NCBI GenBank assembly: GCA_963817955.1
Contig: CAWFQK010000007.1
Coordinates: 1 to 64,000, forward strand
DNA: 64,000 bases
Source: an uncultured Gemmatimonadaceae bacterium
GTDB lineage: Bacteria; Gemmatimonadota; Gemmatimonadetes; Gemmatimonadales; Gemmatimonadaceae
Direction of reading: 5' to 3'
A program made the translations under genes and the position numbers. The notes below the pieces were generated by a model that made no database searches, was not told where the DNA came from, and worked only from the letters and a program-made list of their open reading frames with translations. Shown here one piece after another: positions 10,487 to 18,485 of this stretch. The stretch's first letter is position 1; each line of letters begins with the position of its first letter.

Positions 10487-10970
10487 GACCAGCCCGACAG
10501 GCGTTTTGCATCCGCCGGCAGCAGATTTGTCTCCCGCGTTGGGAGACTTATTGGTGCGCTCACCTCACTTTCCCATGCACGCGGCAGAGTTTATTCGACG
10601 CGTGCTCGAGTTTCTGCCTCGATTACGAGACTTGCCGTCCGCCGCAGCACATTTGTCGTGCTGGTCAGGGCAGTTCGGGCCGCATCGATCGGCGTTTTCG
10701 CTGTGTCTGTCGCATTAGAGCATCTGGGCAACCTATTTGTGGCCGTCGGTACCGCCCTTCCGATCCGGTCCACCAGAGATCGGCCGATCGTCGGCAGCAT
10801 TCGGCCGGCGCTCGCCGGAGTTGCGTCGGTTCGTAGCGGAGTATCTGGCGGCGTCAGACCAGATTGCGCTGGGCGAACATTCCTTAATGGAGGCGTGACG
10901 GCACTTCAGTCCTGCGGCGTTCCATTTGGTAGAAGGCCCACCCGACATGCTCGCGAGAGGCCAGCGTTCT
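10487..10970. repeat. Degenerate 21-nt periodic array, anchor A-NTT (23 units)
   Basis: Anchor triplets at 10505, 10526, 10547 ... 10967 in exact 21-nt steps; 17 of 23 are NTT and 17 of 23 are preceded by A. Confidence 0.75.
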
Positions 10971-10988
10971 CGGCGGTGTCACGTGGCG

Positions 10989-11303
10989 CGCACGCATCGT
11001 GAGCTACGACGCACGCACGGTGAGCTGACGCGCACGCACGGTGAGCTACGACGCACGCAGAACGTTCAACGACCCACGCCCAACTACTGCCGTCGCACCC
11101 AGCGCGCGACCTGCCCCACGCTCAACCAACTCTGCCCCACACTCCACTATCTCCGGCCCACGGCGCGCCACCTCCCGCCCACGCGCAGAGCGCTCTCGTG
11201 CACTACGCCCCGCCTTTCTCCTACGCTGTGCCATCGCCAACGCACGGCCGGTCTCATTATCTGCACGCCGCACGCGCCGTTGCGCACGCACGGCCATCGT
11301 TGC
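10989..11303. repeat. Degenerate 21-nt periodic array, anchor C-AC (15 units)
   Basis: AC at 10992, 11013 ... 11286 in exact 21-nt steps (15 of 15; 14 are CAC); the first three units are near-identical CGCACGCACGGTGAGCTACGA. Confidence 0.85.
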
Positions 11304-11423
11304 GCACCCGGTAGTGGATTGGAACGATAGTTCTTATAGCTCAGGACGACAACGTACTGTCATCCAATACTCTGCTACGGCCCGCTGGCCGCTACCGTTG
11401 TGTGCTGTGAGTGCCGCACAACG

Positions 11424-11541
11424 CGCAAACGCATAGCTCACCACTGGAACCTCGAACCTCGCCGACCGGTGGGCCGACCGCTACGGAGCCGCCAGCGATA
11501 TCCAGCCGGTCAACACCCGAAGCCCAATCCACGTCGCACCG
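11424..11541 (-). repeat. Dispersed ~120-bp repeat R2, copy 1
   Basis: Aligns by eye with 30202-30318 and 45288-45354. Confidence 0.85.
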
Positions 11542-11570
11542 CCCGAGCTAGTGCCGTTCACGGAAATCGT

Positions 11571-12596
11571 CTATCGCAGTGCCGACTCGAGCCCCTTGAG
11601 ATCGTCGATCACGAGTCCGACGCGTTGCACGACGCGCGTCATGCCGTACGGGCCGTGTGCAGTGAGCGGCTCGCGCAGATCGAGCAATACGTTCGGCGTG
11701 CCGAGAACGGCGCGCAGATAGCCTGGCGTGCCTTTCGCCGGCGCCTTCACGCGGCCATACTCGATCTTCGCAATCTGATCGCGCGGAATGTCGAGCGACC
11801 ACTGCACGCCGGTGCGCACGCGCAGGTAGTCGCGCGTGACGAGCACCGGACGCAATTGCACTGAGCGCGCGAAGCCGAGCAGCCAGACCGCGCCAAACAC
11901 GCTCACCGCGAGGACCGCCAGCGCCAATCGCGGCGCGATCGCCCGCAGCAAGAAGTGCACGGCACATGCCTCGACCACCGATGCGAAGACGAGCGTGTAC
12001 AGGACCGCGGCGAACGCACTTGCCTTGTGGTACGAGAAAGCGCGCGCACCGACCGGCACAAACGGCTTGCGACGCCACGACGCGACGGCGTAGAACAGCA
12101 GCCCGGCTTCCATCGCCATGATGTCGGCAATGCGCGACCGCATCGACGATCCGCCGAGTGCGGCACGAATGCGTTCCGGCACGTCGAGCTCGGCGCCCGC
12201 CGCCGCGAGTTGCTGATGCGTGCGCCGCACCCCGACGATGATAAGCGCCATGACCGCGAGCTCGACGGGAATGCCGAGATACCGGATGTCGCGCACCAGA
12301 TACCGGTAGCCCACGGGCAGCGTGAGCGCCGCCGCAGCGACGCTGGCGATGAACACCGGGAGCGCGCTCCGCAACGCGGCGTGTCCAGGTCGGACGACGA
12401 GGAACCAGTACGCCGCCGTCACGCCCACGGTCAGGTCGAAGCTCGCGGCCATCGCCAACATGGCTGGGTTCTGGGCGAACGCCGGCGAGTGAACGACCGC
12501 GCCATCGATGAGGTACATCAGCAACGCGACAACGACGAACCCGGCCGGCGTGCGGATGCGTTGACGAGGGCCGTGTGGAGCGAGTGTAGCGTGCAT
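11571..12596 (-). CDS. Hypothetical multi-pass membrane protein
   Basis: 341-aa ORF with several hydrophobic segments. Confidence 0.75.
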   Translation of the reverse strand: MHATLAPHGPRQRIRTPAGFVVVALLMYLIDGAVVHSPAFAQNPAMLAMAASFDLTVGVTAAYWFLVVRPGHAALRSALPVFIASVAAAALTLPVGYRYLVRDIRYLGIPVELAVMALIIVGVRRTHQQLAAAGAELDVPERIRAALGGSSMRSRIADIMAMEAGLLFYAVASWRRKPFVPVGARAFSYHKASAFAAVLYTLVFASVVEACAVHFLLRAIAPRLALAVLAVSVFGAVWLLGFARSVQLRPVLVTRDYLRVRTGVQWSLDIPRDQIAKIEYGRVKAPAKGTPGYLRAVLGTPNVLLDLREPLTAHGPYGMTRVVQRVGLVIDDLKGLESALR

Positions 12597-12753
12597 GGAG
12601 CCTCGCGGCGAGAATGGCAGCTTCTGGAAAGCTATCGCCGTCCGGTCTCGGCATACATAACCCGAACACCACGCATGATGTACTCCCGGGTTGCCCTCCG
12701 CCGGGGGAGATAGCCAGTTTCAGGCGTTAACCCACTCACCCAGGGTTCATGAC

Positions 12754-14388
12754 ATGACCAGCAGACGTGATTTCCTCCGTCATACCGGCACCGCGGCCGC
12801 CATCGCGGCGGCCGGAGCAGTGCTTCGGCCCGGGATCGTCGGCGCGCTAGGCGCACAGCCGGTGTATCCGCCAGGCGTCGGTACATTCGAAGAACTGCCA
12901 ATCAAAGAACTCCTCATGGAGGCCCTGAACGCGGCCAAGGCCGCGGGCGCATCGTTCTCTGACGCACGACTCAGCCGGTATCGACAGAGCTTCGTTGGCA
13001 CGCGTGAGAAGCAGATCGTGCAGGTGGGTGATACGGATTCCATTGGCATTGGTGTTCGCGCCCTCGTGAACGGTGCCTGGGGGTTTGCCGCATCACAGAC
13101 ACTGACGCGTGACGGCGTCGTGGCCGCAGCGCGGGAGGCCGCGGCGATCGCCAAGGCGAACCGGATTCCGGGAGCCACACCGGTGACGCTCGCGCCCGCA
13201 CCATCCTATCCGAACGCGACGTGGAAGAGCTCGTTCGAGATCGATCCCTTCACGATTCCAGTTGAGCAGAAGGCGCAGCTCCTGATTGACGCGAACACGG
13301 AATCGATGAAAGTCGCGAATGTGAAATTCGTGAACAGCTTCCTCTTCTTCATCAAGGAAGATCGCAATTACGCGAACACCGACGGATCGCTCATCACACA
13401 GACGATCATTCGGAGTTGGGTGCCCTTCACGGCGACGGCAGTGTCTCCGGACTTCAGCGACTTTCAGTCGCGAAGCAACGTCGTGCAGCCTGCAGGACGA
13501 GGCTGGGAGTACGTCGTCGCGTCCGATCTCGTCGGCAACGCGCGGAAGTGGGGCGAGGAGGCGGCCGAGAAGCTCAAGGCGAAACCGGTCCAGGTGGGTC
13601 GCTACGATCTCGTGCTACATCCGTCGCATCTCTGGCTCACGATTCATGAATCGATCGGACATCCTACCGAGCTCGATCGGGCCATGGGGTACGAAGCCAA
13701 CTACGCGGGCACGAGCTTCGTGTCGCCGCCCGAGAAGGTGCTCGGGACACTCAAGTATGGCTCCGAGATCATGAACATTCAGGGCGACCGCACGCAGGAC
13801 GGCGGCTGCGCCACGATCGGGTGGGACGACGACGGCGTGAAGGCCGAGTCCTTCCTGATCATCAAGAACGGAATCTTCCACGACTATCAAACCAGCCGCG
13901 AGCAGGCGCCCTGGCTCGCGGACTACTACAAGAAGAACGGCATGCCGGTGAAGTCGCATGGCTGCTGCAACGCCGACAACTGGAGCAGCGTGCAGTTCCA
14001 GCGTATGCCGAATGTCTCACTGCTGCCTGGTGCGCAGGACAAGACGTGGGAGGATCTGATCGCCGCCACCGACAACGGCATCGGCATCGTCGGCGATGGC
14101 TCGTTCTCGATCGATCAACAGCGGTACAACGCGCAGTTCGGCGGGCAGGTCTTCTATGAGATCAAGGGCGGGAAGATCACCGGCATGCTCAAGGACGTCG
14201 CGTACCAGATGCGGACGCCGGACTTCTGGAACTCCATGGACATGATCGGCGGTAAGTCGAGCTACATGATGGGCGCCAGCTTCTTCGATGGAAAAGGCCA
14301 ACCGGGCCAGATCGGATCGGTGAGCCACGGTTGCGTGCCAGCGCGCTTCCGCAACATCAACGTCATCAATACGGGGAGCAAATCATGA
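12754..14388 (+). CDS. tldD: TldD/PmbA family metalloprotease, TldD-like, with Tat signal
   Basis: SRRDFL twin-arginine motif; HESIGH zinc motif; RMPN; GKGQPGQ. Confidence 0.9.
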   Translation: MTSRRDFLRHTGTAAAIAAAGAVLRPGIVGALGAQPVYPPGVGTFEELPIKELLMEALNAAKAAGASFSDARLSRYRQSFVGTREKQIVQVGDTDSIGIGVRALVNGAWGFAASQTLTRDGVVAAAREAAAIAKANRIPGATPVTLAPAPSYPNATWKSSFEIDPFTIPVEQKAQLLIDANTESMKVANVKFVNSFLFFIKEDRNYANTDGSLITQTIIRSWVPFTATAVSPDFSDFQSRSNVVQPAGRGWEYVVASDLVGNARKWGEEAAEKLKAKPVQVGRYDLVLHPSHLWLTIHESIGHPTELDRAMGYEANYAGTSFVSPPEKVLGTLKYGSEIMNIQGDRTQDGGCATIGWDDDGVKAESFLIIKNGIFHDYQTSREQAPWLADYYKKNGMPVKSHGCCNADNWSSVQFQRMPNVSLLPGAQDKTWEDLIAATDNGIGIVGDGSFSIDQQRYNAQFGGQVFYEIKGGKITGMLKDVAYQMRTPDFWNSMDMIGGKSSYMMGASFFDGKGQPGQIGSVSHGCVPARFRNINVINTGSKS

Positions 14389-15737
14389 GCGCCGTCGATC
14401 CCCGCGTGATGTCGCGCGAACAAGCACAGGCGCTCGTGGAGCGCACGATCAAGCTGTCGAAAGCCGACGCCGTGCAGGTGAACGTCGGCGGCGGCTACAA
14501 CGCCAACATCCGCTTCGCCGACAATAGAATCTCCACCGCCGGCGGTGTGTCCACCGCGACGCTGAACATCGAGAGCGCGTTCGGCCCGAAGCACGCGGTG
14601 GTTTCGACGAATGACTTCTCTGACGAGAATCTCGAGCGCGCCGTGCGACAATCCGAGGCGCTGGCGAAGCTCGCGCCGAATGATCCCGAGGCAATGCCGT
14701 TACTGGGGCCGCAGCAATACGAAGCCGTGAACACCTATTTCGACGCGACGGCAAAGCTCGGTCCAGAGGGCCGCGCCGAGGCGGCGCGCATGGCCATCGA
14801 TCCGTGCAAGGCGGCGGGCGACCTCAAGGCAGCTGGTTTTCTGATAACCGGAATCGGTGCCAGTGCGGTGGGCAACAACAAGGGCTTGTTCGCGTATCAG
14901 TCGGGCACCTCGTCGAATTACACGCTCACGGTGCGCACCGCGGACGGGACGGGTTCCGGTTGGGCCGGCGCCGATCACCCCGACTGGTCGCAGATCGACG
15001 TCAAAGGCGTCGCGCAATGCGCGATCGAGAAGTCGCATCTGTCGCGCAACCCGGTGGCAATCGAGCCTGGGCGCTACACGGTGATTCTCGAGCCGCAGGC
15101 AGTCGGCGACCTCGTGCAGCTCCTCGCGTTTGCACTCGACGCGCGCTCGGCGGACGAAGGGCGCAGCGCCTTCTCCAAGCAGGGTGGCGGAACGAAAGTT
15201 GGCGAGAAGATCGTCGATGAGCGCGTGACACTCTTCTCGGATCCCGCCGATTCGCAGCTACTGACCAACGCGTTCGACGGGCAGGGATTGCCGGCACATC
15301 GCGTTTCGTGGATCGAGAACGGCGTGCTCAAGCGCCTCACGTACTCGCGCTTCTGGGCCCAGAAGAAGAATCAGCAGCCGGATGCCGGCACGAACGCCGT
15401 GAAGTTCTCTGGCGGGACGCAGACGACGGAAGATCTCATCAAGTCCACACCCCGCGGCATTCTCGTGACGCGACTCTGGTACTTGCGGCCGGTCGATCCG
15501 CGCACCGTGCTGTATACCGGCCTCACGCGCGACGGCACGTTCCTGATCGAGGACGGAAAGATCTCCAAGGCCGTGAAGAACTTCAGGTTCAACGAGTCGC
15601 CGCTGTTCATGCTGAACAACCTCGACGCGATCGGCCGCGCGGTGCGCGTGGCAGGCACCGAGGCGGGCGGCGATGTCGTCATGCCGTCGCTCAAGGTTCG
15701 TGACTTCAACTTCACCAGTCTGTCGGACGCGGTGTGA
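14385..15737 (+). CDS. TldD/PmbA family partner subunit (TldE-like)
   Basis: ATGA overlap with tldD; EPGRYTVILEP, FDGQG, TGLTRDG, NFRFN motifs; no HExxxH. Confidence 0.88.
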   Translation: MSAVDPRVMSREQAQALVERTIKLSKADAVQVNVGGGYNANIRFADNRISTAGGVSTATLNIESAFGPKHAVVSTNDFSDENLERAVRQSEALAKLAPNDPEAMPLLGPQQYEAVNTYFDATAKLGPEGRAEAARMAIDPCKAAGDLKAAGFLITGIGASAVGNNKGLFAYQSGTSSNYTLTVRTADGTGSGWAGADHPDWSQIDVKGVAQCAIEKSHLSRNPVAIEPGRYTVILEPQAVGDLVQLLAFALDARSADEGRSAFSKQGGGTKVGEKIVDERVTLFSDPADSQLLTNAFDGQGLPAHRVSWIENGVLKRLTYSRFWAQKKNQQPDAGTNAVKFSGGTQTTEDLIKSTPRGILVTRLWYLRPVDPRTVLYTGLTRDGTFLIEDGKISKAVKNFRFNESPLFMLNNLDAIGRAVRVAGTEAGGDVVMPSLKVRDFNFTSLSDAV

Positions 15738-15777
15738 CGGTGTAAGCGCTGGCGAGCAAGTATCCCGGATGTCACAC

Positions 15778-17028
15778 CTACGGCAGGTGGACGATCTTGC
15801 CCATGAACAACACCGTCCCGCTGAGTCGCTCGCGAATGACGAACACATACGGACTGTCTACACGCATCACTGTGGCGACGGGCACCGCCGTCACGACGAC
15901 TCCGCCGATCGTGACCGCGGCGGCTTCGGTGCCTTCTTCGTCGATTGCCACGAACGTGTTCTGTCGTACCGTGGAGATCTCGAGCTCATGACCACGCGGC
16001 GACATGGGCGTGAAGTCCGCAGCACTGGTGAACGCCGCGTGCATTCCGAGCGCCTGGAGATCAGGGATCAATGCGCGTTTCCACGCCAGGGTTACGCGCG
16101 GCAGATACAGGTCTACGTATTGGGAATGAAACGAGGCAGCAAGCTGGTTCCAGCTTTCCGGTGACAGCGACAGGGCAACGGACTGTACGTCTGCGCCGAG
16201 CTTGGGCAGCAGTACGGTCATCGTGAACGATGAGTCACCGTACGCGAGATCGACTGCTTGGAACTTGTCAGTCTCGGCATACGCCATGTACTGCGTGCGG
16301 TGCATCAAGCGCGCGCTCTGATCGCCGCCAACAGAGTGAAATGGGGCATCGATCGTCTTGTTGGAATCGAACCGTTCGCGCCAACTGCCCTTGAAGTACA
16401 TGGCGTTGAGCAAGTACATCACGTCGTCGGAATGGACGGTGTCGAGCATGGACGGGATACGCCCGTTCGTCTTGGCATTCACCCATCCGTTCACTGCCGC
16501 GAGCGTGCCCGGCACGTCGTCGAAGTTCTGGGCAGTGACGTCGGCGTCGAAGTACGACGCGGCGCCGGTCAAGAAGGTCTGGTTGAACGGGAACCCGCTG
16601 CGATAGAAGATCGCGTTGGTGATCTGCATCGTCGTGGACGCGTCCAACGATGTCAGTAGCCCAATGAGCGACTTGTAGCCGCTGTCGATGGCGCCGAGTG
16701 AGGCAGTGTCGAACCGCAGCGCCGACCGCGTCTCGTCGAAGGTCTGTCCGGCTGCCCCGTTCAGCGCCATCCCCAGAGCGAACGATGCGCTGAGTGGTGA
16801 AACGAAGACATTGTCGCCGGTCTGGTCGGCGTTGATCGTCCGGAACAGATCGAAGGAGAACGCGCTGGCGGCGCCGAGTACGTCGCGCTCTGCTGGCGAG
16901 AGGGCGCGGGGCAGTGCAGTACGCGCGGCGCTGGTCCCATTGGACGGTGCCGTGGCGGAATGCCCGGAGCAGGCGGCGATGCCGATACAGACGACGCTCA
17001 CGGACAGGATGCGACCGAATCCCAGCAT
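15778..17028 (-). CDS. Serpin family protease inhibitor, lipoprotein
   Basis: Lipobox IAA-C; NVFVSPLS, NAMYFKGSW, hinge DEEGTEAAA, C-terminal VDSPYVFVIRE...LFMG. Confidence 0.93.
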   Translation of the reverse strand: MLGFGRILSVSVVCIGIAACSGHSATAPSNGTSAARTALPRALSPAERDVLGAASAFSFDLFRTINADQTGDNVFVSPLSASFALGMALNGAAGQTFDETRSALRFDTASLGAIDSGYKSLIGLLTSLDASTTMQITNAIFYRSGFPFNQTFLTGAASYFDADVTAQNFDDVPGTLAAVNGWVNAKTNGRIPSMLDTVHSDDVMYLLNAMYFKGSWRERFDSNKTIDAPFHSVGGDQSARLMHRTQYMAYAETDKFQAVDLAYGDSSFTMTVLLPKLGADVQSVALSLSPESWNQLAASFHSQYVDLYLPRVTLAWKRALIPDLQALGMHAAFTSAADFTPMSPRGHELEISTVRQNTFVAIDEEGTEAAAVTIGGVVVTAVPVATVMRVDSPYVFVIRERLSGTVLFMGKIVHLP

Positions 17029-17116
17029 GGAGCCTCCTGGCGGATAGAGTGGGCGACACGCGGCCCGTCATATGATCTAACTGGGGGTCGAAGGTTGCGT
17101 CATCCGGGAGTATGTC

Positions 17117-17144
17117 TTGACGAATGCAGGGCTCGAAGTACCTT
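17117..17144 (+). promoter_or_regulatory. sigma70-like promoter of the metK leader
   Basis: TTGACG-16 bp-TACCTT places the start near 17150, right at the first helix of the leader. Confidence 0.55.
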
Positions 17145-17150
17145 CAATGC

Positions 17151-17273
17151 GCGCGGTGATTTCCCCCGATTTGACGGGCCGCGCACGGAGGCGAGAACGC
17201 CCCGCGAAACCCGTCTAAGTCGTGGGGCGATGGATCGGCCCGCGACAAACAAGTCGGGGGCCGTTTTCATTTT
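17151..17273 (+). ncRNA. Candidate SAM-II-like riboswitch with terminator/anti-terminator
   Basis: P1 GCGCGGU/GCCGCGC, loop GAUUU, pseudoknot CCCCCGAUUUGACGG with CCGUC(U)AAGUCG(U)GGGG, terminator stem 17236-17263 plus U-tract; upstream of metK. Confidence 0.7.
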
Positions 17274-17301
17274 CTGATGGCGCTACGGCGCGGAGATCAC
17301 C

Positions 17302-18387
17302 ATGAGCTCGTACACGTTCTCGTCGGAATCAGTCAGCGAAGGCCATCCGGATAAGGTTTGCGATTATATCGCCGACTCGATCCTCGACGCACATCTCGCG
17401 GGAGACCCCAACAGCCGCGTCGCCTGTGAAGTGCTTGCCAAGAGCGGCCAAGTCGTGCTGGCGGGCGAAATCACGTCGCGCACGGACGTCGATTACGAAA
17501 AGGTGGCACGCGAGGCGATTCGCGAGATTGGCTATAATGACGCCAAGGAAGCGTTCAACGCCGATGGCGTGAATGTCATTCAGTTCATCAGCAAGCAGTC
17601 CGGCGACATCGCGATGGGCGTGGACACGGGTGGAGCCGGCGATCAGGGCATCATGTTCGGCTATGCCAGTGACGAAACGCCGGAGCTCATGCCGCTGCCA
17701 TTGCAGCTTGCGCATAGCCTGTCGCGCCGTCTGGCGACGGCTCGGAAGAAGGGCGAGCGGATGTGGCTCCGTCCCGATTCCAAGACGCAGGTGAGCGTTC
17801 GCTACGAAGACAACCAGCCCGTTCGCGTCGAGACCGTGCTCGTCTCCACGCAGCACACGGCCGAGGCCTCACAAGACGAGATTCGCGATTTTGTCGCGAG
17901 TTGCCTCTGCCCCGAGGTGCTCGGTGCCTGGTTCGGCCCACACGTCGAGGTCCTTGTCAATCCGACCGGCCAGTTCATTGAAGGCGGCCCGTCCGCGGAC
18001 TGTGGCGTTACTGGTCGCAAGATCATCGTCGACTCGTACGGCGGTGCGGGTCGGCATGGCGGCGGCGCATTCAGCGGCAAGGATCCGTCGAAGGTGGACC
18101 GCAGCGGCGCCTACTTTGGCAGATTCGTCGCCCGTCAGGTCGTGAAGGCGGGATTCGCGAACCGCGCGGAAGTACAGATCGCCTACGCAATTGGCCGCGC
18201 CGAGCCGGTGTCGGTGCGAGTCGACACGTTCGGCACGGGCGATTGGAAGGCGGCCGAGGAGTTCGTTCGCACCTTCGACTACCGTCCGGCTGCCATGATC
18301 GAGCGCCTGGCGTTGCGGAACCCGATTTACCGTTCGACCACCAACTACGGGCATTTCGGGAAGGCGGACTTGAGCTGGGAGCAGTAG
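17302..18387 (+). CDS. metK: S-adenosylmethionine synthetase
   Basis: SESVSEGHPDK, GAGDQG, GRKIIVDSYGG, GGGAFSGKDPSKVDRS, YGHFG. Confidence 0.98.
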   Translation: MSSYTFSSESVSEGHPDKVCDYIADSILDAHLAGDPNSRVACEVLAKSGQVVLAGEITSRTDVDYEKVAREAIREIGYNDAKEAFNADGVNVIQFISKQSGDIAMGVDTGGAGDQGIMFGYASDETPELMPLPLQLAHSLSRRLATARKKGERMWLRPDSKTQVSVRYEDNQPVRVETVLVSTQHTAEASQDEIRDFVASCLCPEVLGAWFGPHVEVLVNPTGQFIEGGPSADCGVTGRKIIVDSYGGAGRHGGGAFSGKDPSKVDRSGAYFGRFVARQVVKAGFANRAEVQIAYAIGRAEPVSVRVDTFGTGDWKAAEEFVRTFDYRPAAMIERLALRNPIYRSTTNYGHFGKADLSWEQ

Positions 18388-18417
18388 CCCGGGCCCGCGC
18401 CGGTTGCTGAATCACAC

Positions 18418-18458
18418 GAAGAAGGGGCCGTGACGCGAAGCGTCACGGCCCCTTCTTC
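18418..18458. terminator. Bidirectional terminator hairpin
   Basis: GAAGAAGGGGCCGTGACGC-GAA-GCGTCACGGCCCCTTCTTC between convergent genes. Confidence 0.8.
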
Positions 18459-18485
18459 ACTCTGGCGCAGTAGAAGCCCGCCGTC

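Noticed and set aside
10373..11330. ORFs 10373-11002 and 10926-11330 as real genes
   Set aside because: No clear SD or recognisable domain and Arg-rich shadow-like composition; kept only as an alternative explanation of the 21-nt arrays
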